Assembly (NCBI GenBank): GCA_036376245.1
Contig: DASVAS010000063.1
Location: 27,798 to 91,797 of the forward strand
DNA: 64,000 nucleotides
Direction of reading: 5' to 3'
Source: Thermoanaerobaculia bacterium
GTDB taxonomy: Bacteria; Acidobacteriota; Thermoanaerobaculia; Multivoradales; UBA5704
The notes under the pieces were generated by a model. It saw nothing but the letters and a program-made list of their open reading frames with translations, had not been told where the DNA came from and did no database searches. Every line of letters begins with the position of its first letter. Position 1 is the stretch's first letter. This document shows positions 31,992 through 41,519 of the stretch, piece by piece. The position numbers and the translations under genes are program-made.

Positions 31992-34583
31992 TCAGGAAGC
32001 GGCTTTCAGCGCCCGGGTGCGGGGCTTCACCCGCTCGGCCAGAGGGAGCAGGACCGTGAACGCGGCCCCTCCCTCGGGGGCGCGGGTCTCCACCCGCACG
32101 TCGCCGCCGTGCGCCCGCACGAGGTTGCGCACGGTCACGAGACCGAGACCCGTCCCCTGCTTCTTGCCGGTGGTGAAGGGCTCGAAGAGGTGGCCGGCGG
32201 CGTCCTCGGGGATGCCGGGACCGGAATCGGCCACCCGCACCGCCAGGAGATCCCCCTCGGCCCCGACGCGGATCGCCACCCGCCGCTGCAATCCCCAGCA
32301 GGCCAGCGCCTCGCGGGCGTTGGTCACCAGGTTCTCCAGCACGCGCTGGATGCGGTCGCGGTCGATGTTGACCTGGAGCGCGGCGTCCAGCCGCAGGTCG
32401 AGATCGGCCTCGATCCCCCGCTCGCGGAGGTCGTCGGCCAGGGGCTGGAGCGCGTCTTCCAGGAAACGGGCGGCGGGCACGGTCTGGAGGTCGAGACGGG
32501 GCGAGCCGCCGCGGGCGAAGTCGAGGATCTCCTCGATCATCCGGCGCAGGCGGTCCGACTCGCTGCGCACCATCTCCAGCTCGCGGGCGATGGTGGCGGC
32601 GTCGCCGCCGCGCACGGCGAGGGCGTGGGCGAGGTCGGCGTAGCCCTTCACCAGGGTCAGCGGGTTGCGCAGGTCGTGCACCACGGCGCTGGTCATCTGG
32701 CCGATGGCGGCGAGGCGGCTCTCGCGCTCGCGGAGCTGGCGCTCGATCTCGCGCGCCCGCAGGTGGGCGGCGATGCGGGCCTCCAGCTCGCGCAGGGCGA
32801 AGGGCTTGACCACGTAGTCGTCCGCCCCGGCGTCGAGGCCCTCGGCCACGGCTTCGGTCCCCGCCCGGGCGGTGAGGAGGATGACCGGAGTCGAGGCGAA
32901 CGCGGGGTCGGCCTTGAGGCGGCGGCACAGCTCGAAGCCGTCCACGCCCGGCATCATGGCGTCGGTGACGATCAGGTCGGGACGGCAGCGGTCGGCCGCC
33001 GCGAGCCCGGCGGCGCCGTCGGCGGCCGTCTCCACGCGGTAGCGGTGCGACAGGCGGGAGGCCAGGAAGCCCCGCAGGTCCTCGTTGTCCTCCACCACGA
33101 GCACCAGGGGCGCGCCCGCGGGCGAGCGGACCGTAGCTTCGCGGACGGTGCGCGGCAGCTCGACGTCGGCGAGCAGGGTGTCGCGCAGAGTCCGCAGGGC
33201 GTACTCGCGGGCCGCCAGGGCGTCGGTGCGGGCCTGGACGAGCTGGTCCTCGCGACGGCGGGGCTGGCGGCGGCGCTCGAAGGCGGCCCCGCGGACGTCG
33301 CGCGGCAGCTCGACGCGGAAGACCGAGCCCTCGCCGGGACGGCTGCGCACGCTGACGTTGCCGCCGTGCAGACGGGCCAGCTCGCGGGCCAGGGCGAGCC
33401 CGAGCCCGGTGCCGCCGAACTCGCGGGACGCCGAGCCGTCCACCTGGTGGAAACGCTCGAAGATCCGCTCCAGCTCGCCCGCGGGGATGCCCGGACCGTC
33501 ATCCTCCACCTCGAAGGCGACGAAGTCCCGCCCGGCTTCGGCGCGTACGGTCACACAGCCGGCCGGCGGGGTGAACTTCAAGGCGTTGGAGAGCAGGTTG
33601 GCGGCGACGACCTCGGCCTTGTGGGGATCGAAGGAGGAATCCGGGACCTCGTCCAGCCGCTCGGTGAGCAGCCGGATGCCGCGCCGCTCGGCGTGCGGAG
33701 CGGCGGCGGCGGTCAGCTCGGCCAGCAGCTTGCCCAGGTTGCCCGGCGCCGGCTCCAGGCGCAGCCGGCCGGACTCCAGCTTGGCGCCGTCCAGCAGGGC
33801 GTTGACCTGGCGCAGCAGACGCCGCGAGTTGGTGGCCATGGCCTCCAGCAGGACGCGCCGGTCGCCGTCGTCGTCCGCGGCCAGCAGGGTCTCCAGGGGG
33901 CCGAGCATCAGGGTGAGAGGCGTGCGCAGCTCGTGGCTGACGTTGGCGAAGAAGCGGGTCTTGGCCTCGTCCAGCTCCTTCAGCTCCTCGTTGGCCTTCT
34001 CCAGGCGCAGGCGCAGCGAGAGGTCCCGCCGCCGGATCCGGCGGTTGGAGAGGCAGGCCAGCCAGGTGAAGACCGACGCCCCGGCGAGGAAGAAGAGGGG
34101 CGCGATCATGGCCGGGGACGGCCCGTGGTCGGCCAGATTGATCCCGGTGTAGCTGAGCAGGATGAGAGCGCACAGCGCCGCCGCCGCGGGCAGCTCCCAG
34201 GGGATGAAGACGCCGATGACGAAGATGACGATGACGACGCCGGCGAAGTAGTGGCTTTCGAACCCGCCGAGCTGCGCGGCCATCAGCGAGATGCCCACCG
34301 CCGAGGCGACCGCCCCGGTCATGACCAGCGGCTGGGCCAGGCGCTCCGCGAAGCGCGAGTAGACCGCCGCCAGGCCCAGCAGGTAGACCCCGCAGACGCC
34401 GGCGCGGATGGCCAGGAACGGCATCGCCTCCTCGGGAGCCACCAGGAGGTCCAGGAACCAGAAGGTGGGATACAGGGACAGGGCGGACCACAGCAGGAAA
34501 CGCGACCGTTCGACGAAAAGCCGCCGGCTTTCAACGTTGAAAGCCTCCTCGAAACCAGGGAGCCGGGGCGACGCAGACTTCAT
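31992..34583 (-). CDS. Hybrid sensor kinase with two HisKA/HATPase cores flanking a receiver domain (membrane sensor - HK - REC - HK)
   Basis: 863 aa with about 6 N-terminal TM helices. H-box 1 is NVSHELRTPLT with ATPase motifs EDDGPGIP and GGTGLGLALA. The REC domain reads LVVEDNEDLRGFL...IVTDAMMPGVDG...DDYVVKPF. H-box 2 is VVHDLRNPLT with ATPase motifs ADSGPGIP and GTGLGLVTV. Confidence 0.85.
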   Translation of the reverse strand: MKSASPRLPGFEEAFNVESRRLFVERSRFLLWSALSLYPTFWFLDLLVAPEEAMPFLAIRAGVCGVYLLGLAAVYSRFAERLAQPLVMTGAVASAVGISLMAAQLGGFESHYFAGVVIVIFVIGVFIPWELPAAAALCALILLSYTGINLADHGPSPAMIAPLFFLAGASVFTWLACLSNRRIRRRDLSLRLRLEKANEELKELDEAKTRFFANVSHELRTPLTLMLGPLETLLAADDDGDRRVLLEAMATNSRRLLRQVNALLDGAKLESGRLRLEPAPGNLGKLLAELTAAAAPHAERRGIRLLTERLDEVPDSSFDPHKAEVVAANLLSNALKFTPPAGCVTVRAEAGRDFVAFEVEDDGPGIPAGELERIFERFHQVDGSASREFGGTGLGLALARELARLHGGNVSVRSRPGEGSVFRVELPRDVRGAAFERRRQPRRREDQLVQARTDALAAREYALRTLRDTLLADVELPRTVREATVRSPAGAPLVLVVEDNEDLRGFLASRLSHRYRVETAADGAAGLAAADRCRPDLIVTDAMMPGVDGFELCRRLKADPAFASTPVILLTARAGTEAVAEGLDAGADDYVVKPFALRELEARIAAHLRAREIERQLRERESRLAAIGQMTSAVVHDLRNPLTLVKGYADLAHALAVRGGDAATIARELEMVRSESDRLRRMIEEILDFARGGSPRLDLQTVPAARFLEDALQPLADDLRERGIEADLDLRLDAALQVNIDRDRIQRVLENLVTNAREALACWGLQRRVAIRVGAEGDLLAVRVADSGPGIPEDAAGHLFEPFTTGKKQGTGLGLVTVRNLVRAHGGDVRVETRAPEGGAAFTVLLPLAERVKPRTRALKAAS

Positions 34584-34589
34584 CGGCTT

Positions 34590-37500
34590 CTACTTCTCCG
34601 CGCGGACGAGGATCGCCGTGGGCGGCGAGCCGAAACCGTGGAACGTGTGGACCCGCGAGAATCCCGCTTCGGCCATCAAGGCCTCCAGCGACGCGGAATC
34701 CAGGAAACGGAAGCGGCCGTCCTCCTCCAGCTCGATGAGACGGCTGACCATGTTGGCGAAGTGGCGCAGGGCCTCCAGCTTGCGGCCGGCGCGGGCGTCG
34801 CCGTCCTCCGCCTGCCGCGCCAGGATGTCGGCCCCTTCGGTGTAGAGCTTGGAGGGGTCGAAGTTCGGCCGCAGGGAGGAGACCACCAGCGTGCCGCCGG
34901 GCTTGAGGAGCCGGTGCATCTCGCGCAGGGCCGCCAGCGGGTCGTAGAGGTACGGCAGGACCAGCGACGAGCCGATGCGGTCGAAGGAGGCGTCGGGGAG
35001 GTCGAGCCGGAGCCGCGGCGTGGCCTCGCCGAAGCGGAGGTGGCGGAAGCGCAGGTGGCGCGCCGTGCAGGCCGCCGGGTCCGCCGGCGCGCCGGGCAGG
35101 CGGTCCTCCGGCAGCGCGCCGCCCTGCAGGAAGCGGGCGGCGCGGCTGATCTCGAGCGCGATCTCCACCTCACGGTCCTCCAGGGCGGGGCAGAGCTCGC
35201 GCACCCGGGCCGGCTCCGCCGGGTCCCCCCGCAGGATGGCGTGCAGCTCGCGGCCGTAGCCGGCGGCGAGCTTGCGGGCGGTGGCCAGGGGCAGCCCCTC
35301 GATGCGGTGGACCAGGGCCTCGACGCCGTGCAGGCGGCCGGCCAGGAAGTCGGCGATCACCGCCAGGCGGGAGACCTCCAGGTCCGCCACCAGGCCGCGG
35401 TGCTCGGGCGCGGGCACGCCGCGCAGGGCGGAATCGGTGAGCAGCTTCTCGCGCGTGCGCTCCACCGCTTCCGGCACCAGGTCCAGGAAGGTCAGCGAGG
35501 CCGGCGCGCCGCCCGCCGCGCGGCAGGCGTCCAGCATGGCCAGCAGGAAGTTGCCGGTGCCGCACCCGAAGTCCGCCAGGTCCTCCCCCGGCTGGGGATC
35601 GAGCAGCTCGGCCTGGCGGGCCAGGAAGCGGGGGTACTCGGGATGGTCGAGGAGGATGTCGTAGCCGACGTCGTCCCCCTGAACGCCGAAGAGATGCTCC
35701 TTCCAGAAGCCCTCGGCGTCGGCCAGCTCCAGGCGGCGCACGCGTCCCCACTCGGCCTCGCTCTGGCGGGCGAAGCGGGCGAGGTTGGGCTCCCGAGCCG
35801 GCCGGTCCGCCCCGAACAGGTGCTTGGACATCGACTCGGCCACCAGCTTGAACAGCTCGATGGCCTCGGCCCCGCTCTTGAGCACGTGGCCCGTGGCGCA
35901 CTCGAAGACCTCGCGCACGCCGCCGCCCGGCGCGTCCAGCAGGGCGCGCACCCGCGAGCGGGTCACCCAGCAGTCGTAGGTGCCGAGGATCCAGACCACC
36001 GGCGCCTGGATGCGCGCGAGGTGGCGCCGGCCGTCCTCCAGGAAGGCGAGCCCGCCCTCCATGGCCTGCCCGTAGAGGGCGTCGCCGCGGATGGGCCGGC
36101 CGTGGATGAGGATGGTCTCCGGTCCTTCGCCCTGGCGGTAGACCTCGAACAGGTCGAGGCCCGCCAGGTAGTTGCGCAGCACGTCCTGGGCGTCGGGGCA
36201 GCCGTAGGGGGCGATCCACAGGTCGACCGGGGCGTCGATGCACTCCGCCGCCACCTTGCGGGCCGGGATGGCCGAGAGCGAGACGCTCACCAGCGCCCGC
36301 TTGGCCGGCCGGAACCGGCGCTGGAGGTAGCGCAGGGAGGCCGCCATGTCGTCCCCCAGATGGCCGAAGGTCCAGTTGTAGTAGGGCCGCCCCTCGGCCA
36401 CCAGCCTGGAATTCATGGTGCTCTCGCCCACGATGTGCGAGGCGTCGAAGCGCAGGGTCACCACCTTGCGGCCGTCGCGGTCGAGGTCGTCGAGGACCGT
36501 GCGCGCCAGCAGGCCGAAGACCTCCTTGCGCTTGAGGATCGCGGGGGCGATCACCACCGCCACGTCGGGCCGGATGGCGGGATCGCCGGTGTCGAAGTTG
36601 GCGTCGATGATGCCGGCCACGGTGTCGCCCCGGCGGTTGCGGAAGCGGACCACCTCGATGCCGCCCTCCTCGTTGCGGCCGGGCCGGCGGACGAAGCTCG
36701 CCACCTTGCCGCCGAGCATCGAGACGGTGCGGGTGAGCCGGGTGGCGAGGCCGCCGCTGGCGGTGTGGCGCTTGAGCTCGCGGAAGCTGTCGCGCTCGGT
36801 CTCCCCCTCCTCGAAGCGGAGGCCGGCGCGCAGGGCGCCGTCGTCCAGGGCCGAGAGGTAGCGCACCGTAGCGCCCGCCACCTGCCGGCGCTCCCCCTCC
36901 ACTTCCAGCGTGAAGGCCGGCAGGCGCACGCCGGGCACCAGGGCGGTGGCGGGCTCCAGACGGACCGAGGCCCCGCCCTCCCCCAGGTCCATCACCGGCA
37001 GGCGCAGCCGGCCTTCGGGGGCGTGCGGGGCCGACAGCTCGCAGAAGGCGCGGCGCGGCGGCATGCGGCGCTGCGTGCGGCGCTCGGTGAGGTAGATCCG
37101 TTCCGGCGCCATCAGCTCCAGCAGGCCCTCTCCCGTGAGGGCGATCCCCTCGAAGGCGTAGAACAGCGGCGGGTCCGAGAAGGTCAGGTAGAGCACCCGC
37201 GGCCGCGACGGCGGCAGGAGATCCAGGCGCAGGGAGGCGCCATGGCGGGCGGTGGTCCCGAAGGACACCGCCCGGCAGGGGATCGGCTTGAAGCCGCGCC
37301 CCGGCAGGATGGCGGTCATGGCCAGCTTCTTCTCCACCGCGCCGCGCAGGATGGCCTCGATCTCCGAGGGCTCGCCCAGGGGCAGCAGGTTGCCGGGGAT
37401 CAGGTCACCCAGGGCGCGCTGGACGCGGACGATCGCCTCGTCCATCTCGTAGAAGCCGGCGTGGGCCAGCAGGCGGGCGCGGTCGCGGGCCGAGACCTCC

Positions 37501-37820
37501 TCGAAGCGGACGCCGATGCCGTCCGACGAGGAGCGCACGACGCGGGCCGTCAGGGGGATGGGGCGGGGGTCGGTCGGGATCTCCAGCGCCAGGCGGAGGC
37601 GGACGTCCGGGGCCACGGCGGCCGGGGTGCGGAGGAAGGCGCCGTCGGCCGAGAGATCGGTGACGAGCAGCCCGCCGCCGAGCTCCGGCCCTTCCAGGAT
37701 GCGCACGCCCGCAAGCGTGCGGCGCCGGGGCGAGCGGCGCTCTTCATTGGACTTCCCCGCCTCCCAGCGGGCGGCTCTCTCCAGAACCGACGGCTCCCGA
37801 AACGACTCCCCTGCGATCAT
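34590..37820 (-). CDS. Multidomain protein: PilZ + PilZN/PilZ + alpha/beta-fold region + SAM-dependent methyltransferase
   Basis: 1076 aa. PilZ motifs are RRSPRRR...DLSADGAF, and a second set RRTQRRMPPRR...DLGEGGASV. The C-terminal MTase motif I is LADFGCGTGNF and the post-II-like motif is LKPGGTLVVSS. A GGGAGGG SD is present. Confidence 0.7.
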   Translation of the reverse strand: MIAGESFREPSVLERAARWEAGKSNEERRSPRRRTLAGVRILEGPELGGGLLVTDLSADGAFLRTPAAVAPDVRLRLALEIPTDPRPIPLTARVVRSSSDGIGVRFEEVSARDRARLLAHAGFYEMDEAIVRVQRALGDLIPGNLLPLGEPSEIEAILRGAVEKKLAMTAILPGRGFKPIPCRAVSFGTTARHGASLRLDLLPPSRPRVLYLTFSDPPLFYAFEGIALTGEGLLELMAPERIYLTERRTQRRMPPRRAFCELSAPHAPEGRLRLPVMDLGEGGASVRLEPATALVPGVRLPAFTLEVEGERRQVAGATVRYLSALDDGALRAGLRFEEGETERDSFRELKRHTASGGLATRLTRTVSMLGGKVASFVRRPGRNEEGGIEVVRFRNRRGDTVAGIIDANFDTGDPAIRPDVAVVIAPAILKRKEVFGLLARTVLDDLDRDGRKVVTLRFDASHIVGESTMNSRLVAEGRPYYNWTFGHLGDDMAASLRYLQRRFRPAKRALVSVSLSAIPARKVAAECIDAPVDLWIAPYGCPDAQDVLRNYLAGLDLFEVYRQGEGPETILIHGRPIRGDALYGQAMEGGLAFLEDGRRHLARIQAPVVWILGTYDCWVTRSRVRALLDAPGGGVREVFECATGHVLKSGAEAIELFKLVAESMSKHLFGADRPAREPNLARFARQSEAEWGRVRRLELADAEGFWKEHLFGVQGDDVGYDILLDHPEYPRFLARQAELLDPQPGEDLADFGCGTGNFLLAMLDACRAAGGAPASLTFLDLVPEAVERTREKLLTDSALRGVPAPEHRGLVADLEVSRLAVIADFLAGRLHGVEALVHRIEGLPLATARKLAAGYGRELHAILRGDPAEPARVRELCPALEDREVEIALEISRAARFLQGGALPEDRLPGAPADPAACTARHLRFRHLRFGEATPRLRLDLPDASFDRIGSSLVLPYLYDPLAALREMHRLLKPGGTLVVSSLRPNFDPSKLYTEGADILARQAEDGDARAGRKLEALRHFANMVSRLIELEEDGRFRFLDSASLEALMAEAGFSRVHTFHGFGSPPTAILVRAEK

Positions 37821-37871
37821 CCCGGTCCCTCCCGGTCCGGGGTACGGCGAAGCCGCGGGGAAGCAGGAGCT

Positions 37872-38966
37872 TCAGGCGCCGCCTGGCCTGCCTGCCACCG
37901 CGAGGTCCGCGAGCCGTCCCCGGATCTCAGCGAATTCCCGGTGGCAGTGGAGAAAGACGTCCACCAGCACCGGGTCGAAGTGCGTGCCGCGATCGCGCGC
38001 GATCCTGCGGACCGCCTCTTCGTGATCAAAAGCTACCTTGTAGGGACGACGGCTGGTGATCGTGTCGTATGCATCCGCAAGGGCCACAATGCGAGCCGCC
38101 AGGGGAATGTGATCTCCCGTGAGCCCGTGCGGATATCCTGAGCCATCCCAACGCTCGTGATGGGAGTAAGCAATTTCCATACCCATGCGCAGAAAGCTAT
38201 GTCCTTCAAAGCGTTCGATGACACCGCGCAGAGTGTCGCCGCCGATGGTGGGGTGCCGGCGCATGATCTCCTCCTCGGCGGGCGCGAGGGGGCCGGCCTT
38301 GAGGAGGATGGCGTCGGGGATGCCGACCTTGCCGATGTCGTGCAGGGGGCTCGACTTGTAAAGATGGTCCACGAACCCGGTGTCGATGCGTAGTTTGGAC
38401 TCGCGTCCGGCGGCCTCGGCGAGACAGCGGCTGTACTCGGCCATGCGCTCCAGGTGCTGGCCGGTGGCGTTGTCGCGCGACTCGGCGAGGCGGGCCAGGG
38501 TGAGGAGGGCGATGTCGCGGGTCTGGCGGACCTCCTCGGTCTTCTCCATCACCATCCGTTCCAGGTGTTGCTGATAGGCCTCGTTCTGGCGGATCAGCCG
38601 CGCCCGTTCGACCGCCCGCTCGACGGTGGCCAGCAGGTCGTCGCCCTCGAACGGCTTGAGGATGTAGTCGTACGCCCCGGCGCGGACGCATTCGCGCACG
38701 GTCTCCATGTGCTGGACGCCGGTGACCATCACGACCTGGATGGTCTCGTCGAGCTCCTTGAGACGCTGCAGGAGCTCGACGCCGGAGATGCCGGGCATCT
38801 CGATGTCGGAGATCACCAGCGCGGGCAGCGGCGGCTCGGCGGCGAGGGCCAAGGCCTCGTCGCCGTCCCGGGCGGCCTGGACGTCGAGAGGGAGCGAGGA
38901 GAGATACGCCTGGAGAAGCCCGCGGATGGCGGGCTCGTCATCGACGATGACAACACGTTCGTGCAT
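37872..38966 (-). CDS. Response regulator with HD-GYP domain (c-di-GMP phosphodiesterase type)
   Basis: 364 aa. The REC domain reads VVIVDDEPAIRGLL...VISDIEMPGISG...YDYILKPF. The HD-GYP motifs are PLHDIGKVGIP and HHERWDGSGYPHGL. Confidence 0.9.
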   Translation of the reverse strand: MHERVVIVDDEPAIRGLLQAYLSSLPLDVQAARDGDEALALAAEPPLPALVISDIEMPGISGVELLQRLKELDETIQVVMVTGVQHMETVRECVRAGAYDYILKPFEGDDLLATVERAVERARLIRQNEAYQQHLERMVMEKTEEVRQTRDIALLTLARLAESRDNATGQHLERMAEYSRCLAEAAGRESKLRIDTGFVDHLYKSSPLHDIGKVGIPDAILLKAGPLAPAEEEIMRRHPTIGGDTLRGVIERFEGHSFLRMGMEIAYSHHERWDGSGYPHGLTGDHIPLAARIVALADAYDTITSRRPYKVAFDHEEAVRRIARDRGTHFDPVLVDVFLHCHREFAEIRGRLADLAVAGRPGGA

Positions 38967-39041
38967 ACATCAGGGCAAAACGGCAACTACTTTGTAGATT
39001 GTACAGGGAACAGGCCGAAAAAAGGGAACCAGGGTCTCCGC

Positions 39042-39106
39042 GAGGAGACTTGGAGGAGACTTGGTCATTTCGCCCCCTTACTTGGTCATTTCACCCTTCG
39101 ACTTGG
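39042..39106. repeat. Direct repeats containing ACTTGG (11-bp tandem GGAGACTTGGx2; 17-bp ACTTGGTCATTTC(G/A)CCC x2)
   Basis: ACTTGG occurs at 39048, 39059, 39079 and 39100 (spacings 11, 20 and 21 bp). The repeats lie in the 146-bp gap upstream of the HD-GYP regulator start (38966). Confidence 0.75.
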
Positions 39107-39112
39107 AGTTGC

Positions 39113-39778
39113 CTACCAGATCACCCGCGTCATGTGCCCCAAGCCCAGGAGCGTGACGCCCAGACAGGCGGCGGCGAGGGCGGCCGTGTTCCACCGCGGA
39201 TGGATCCCGAGCAGGGCCGCGATCCCGAAGAGGCTGGCGTAGAGGACGGGGACGAACATCAGCGGCGAGGCTCCGACCGTGTCAATCCACCAGGTGTTGA
39301 AGGGGTTCGCGCAGGCGTCGTTGGGCACGAGCAGCAGCAGGTCGAGGACCAGCAGCCCCAGCACCGCCCGCTCCCGCAGGCCGGACCGGTAGAGCAGCGC
39401 CAGGGACACCGCCGCCAGGAATCCGGCGCCGGTCAGCACCAGGTTGAGCCGCAAAACCTGATCGATCCCACCCCAGACCTGGGTTACGGAAGGGCGGAAC
39501 GGATAGAACTGGTGCACCGCCGACGTGCAGACCAGAGACAGCGGTAGAAGAACCCAGACCAGCCCGTTCTCCCCCAGCCGGGCGATCCCACGCGCCCTCC
39601 AGATCCCCAGAGTCACGAAGGCTGCGTACGCAACGAGCGCCGCCAGCCCCGCCACGAACGCCGGCACGAACCAGGAGGGGAACATCGCCCGGTCGCCGGT
39701 CAGGTCGAAGGCGGCCTTCGCCGACAGCGCGGCGGCGGCGAAGAAGACCAGGACGGCGAGCGGGGCGACGCGCCTCAA
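39113..39778 (-). CDS. Multi-pass integral membrane protein, unknown function
   Basis: 221 aa with about 7 hydrophobic helices. The TTG start overlaps the upstream TGA (TTGA). Confidence 0.6.
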   Translation of the reverse strand: MRRVAPLAVLVFFAAAALSAKAAFDLTGDRAMFPSWFVPAFVAGLAALVAYAAFVTLGIWRARGIARLGENGLVWVLLPLSLVCTSAVHQFYPFRPSVTQVWGGIDQVLRLNLVLTGAGFLAAVSLALLYRSGLRERAVLGLLVLDLLLLVPNDACANPFNTWWIDTVGASPLMFVPVLYASLFGIAALLGIHPRWNTAALAAACLGVTLLGLGHMTRVIW

Positions 39779-40134
39779 GTCTTCCCGGCCTGTTCCACGC
39801 GGAACGCGAGCAGCCGCAACGCCTCCCGGGCGGCGTCGGCGGCGGCGGGATCGGGGTCCTGGGAGAACGAGCGGAAAACCGGTTCGTACCTCGGGTCCCC
39901 GATGCTGGAGAGCACGGAAAGGACCATCGGAAGGTTTTCGCGCCGGGCGAGCGCTTCGTCGAGCAGAGGCTCGGCCCGCCGGCCGCCTCGAACCAGGAAC
40001 ATCCCCGCGATGGTGCGCAGATCCTCGTCCGGAGAGCCCAGGGCTTCGACCAGGGCACGCCCGGCGGAACGCAGCCCCGTGCTCCGCCAGAGCGCGTTCT
40101 GTCCAAAGAGGCGGGCGGCCTGCGAGGTCCGCAT
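39775..40134 (-). CDS. Small HEAT-repeat protein
   Basis: 119 aa with helical repeats LVEALGSPDEDLRTIAGMFLV...VLSSIGDPRYEPVF... typical of HEAT/PBS-lyase-like repeats. Confidence 0.55.
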   Translation of the reverse strand: MRTSQAARLFGQNALWRSTGLRSAGRALVEALGSPDEDLRTIAGMFLVRGGRRAEPLLDEALARRENLPMVLSVLSSIGDPRYEPVFRSFSQDPDPAAADAAREALRLLAFRVEQAGKT

Positions 40135-40165
40135 GGCCGCAGTCTAACAGGCCCTTCTTTTCCTC

Positions 40166-41347
40166 TCAGATCCTCGCCGGCAGATCGTGCCGTCTCCAGA
40201 TCTCCGGGTCGTGCGTCTTGGAATGACCGGTGAACCAGAGTGGCAGGATGATCTCCTGGATTCTCGCGTCGTTGAAGCGCTGCCCCCCGCCATCGGCGAG
40301 GATGACGAGATCCATGTGCGTGACGATGGCCACCACCTTGTTCACGCGAGTGAACTCAGGAAAGTATTTCCGCCGGTGAACGGGACAGGCCATCATCACC
40401 AGCCGCCCGATGCGCAACGAGGTCTTGTTGGCCAGCATGGCCACGTTGCCACCATGGCTGTGGGCGAAGAGGTCCAGCCCATCCAATTGATGATCGTTCA
40501 CCCACTGGATGAGGCGAAGGGCTCCGTCGGCCCGGCCGGCGTCGCTCCAATCCCCCGACCAGGAATAGAAATCGCCCGCCGAATACAGGTTCGGATCCAC
40601 GTTGGAGCGGATGTAGGTATGGAAGTCGCCGCCGGGCTTCCACCAGGGTTGATTGCGAGCCCACGTGCCATGGATCATCGTGCTCGTGTGGGTGGGCTCT
40701 CCTTCGACAGAGTAGGGTTCGGGCCGGACCAGTTCCCGCAGGCGGGGATGCCCCGGCACCAGACGGGCCAGGGCGGTGGCCGCCACGTCGCGGGTCGTTT
40801 CGTCTTCGCTGCGGGTGCCCTCGGCGAGGATCCGGATCGGGATGGCCTGTTGCTGCGGCAGGGCCACCTCCGCGTACGAGGACGCCGCCGCGACCCGGAC
40901 CAGCTCGTCCGGATGCGACAAGCTGGCCTGCAACAGTTCCGCCGCCGCGAGGGGCTGCGACGGCTCCGCATGAAGCCGCTCCGCCAGAGCCGGCAAGAGG
41001 GAGAGAGAGGTGCCGGCCTCTTCGATCGCCATCCCGCTGACGACGGCCTCCCTGCCGGCGACTCTTTCACGGATGAAGTTGGCGTCGAAGCGGACGCCCC
41101 TGACCCTGGCCAGATCGTAGATCCCCGCCGGGATGTTCAGCCGCTGGCGGTCTTCCTCGGGGAGGATCTCCTCCGGCTCCGGAGGCGGCTGTTCCTCGGC
41201 CATGAGCTCCATGGCGAAGGGGTCCTCGAACCGCAAGAGATTGCCCAGGGTCAGGAGGACCGCCGCCTGGGATTGAGCGGCGGCGTCGCCGGTCTCGCGG
41301 AAGGACTCGGGAAAGGGGATGGGGTCCTGGACGACCTCGCGGGCCAT
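40166..41347 (-). CDS. HEAT-like repeat + alpha/beta-hydrolase (lipase/esterase-like) protein
   Basis: 393 aa with a GGGAGGTG SD. The central part has HEAT-like repeats (SHPDELVRVAAASSY..., TRDVAATALARL). The C-terminal hydrolase pattern is IHGTWA...WWKPGG...WSGDWS...LFAHSHGGNV, with a nucleophile elbow AHSHG. Confidence 0.6.
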   Translation of the reverse strand: MAREVVQDPIPFPESFRETGDAAAQSQAAVLLTLGNLLRFEDPFAMELMAEEQPPPEPEEILPEEDRQRLNIPAGIYDLARVRGVRFDANFIRERVAGREAVVSGMAIEEAGTSLSLLPALAERLHAEPSQPLAAAELLQASLSHPDELVRVAAASSYAEVALPQQQAIPIRILAEGTRSEDETTRDVAATALARLVPGHPRLRELVRPEPYSVEGEPTHTSTMIHGTWARNQPWWKPGGDFHTYIRSNVDPNLYSAGDFYSWSGDWSDAGRADGALRLIQWVNDHQLDGLDLFAHSHGGNVAMLANKTSLRIGRLVMMACPVHRRKYFPEFTRVNKVVAIVTHMDLVILADGGGQRFNDARIQEIILPLWFTGHSKTHDPEIWRRHDLPARI

Positions 41348-41519
41348 ACGTCACCTCCCATCGATGTTGGATTGCTTACATTATGAACCCCAATGCACGC
41401 CCGTGAAAAGCCGGTCCGGGTGTATCATCTTCCGGGGAGAGGAGGGGCATGCCCTCTTCTCTCAATGCGCGATGTGGGGTAGAGTACCGGAAACGAACGA
41501 CTCCGAAAGGGAGAATTTC

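Noticed and set aside
31549-32928. 459-aa minus-strand ORF (and small plus-strand ORFs 31603-31866, 31625-31831) reading through the 21-bp repeat array as heptad repeats
   Set aside because: It runs into and overlaps the hybrid kinase gene out of frame. The repeat-derived heptads (GRALHPL...) are a by-product of the 21-bp DNA periodicity, so the region is treated as a non-coding repeat.
31782-38141. 2119-aa plus-strand ORF
   Set aside because: It is antisense to the hybrid kinase, PilZ-methyltransferase and HD-GYP genes, all of which have unambiguous motifs. The translation is G/A/R/E/V low-complexity. It is a shadow ORF.
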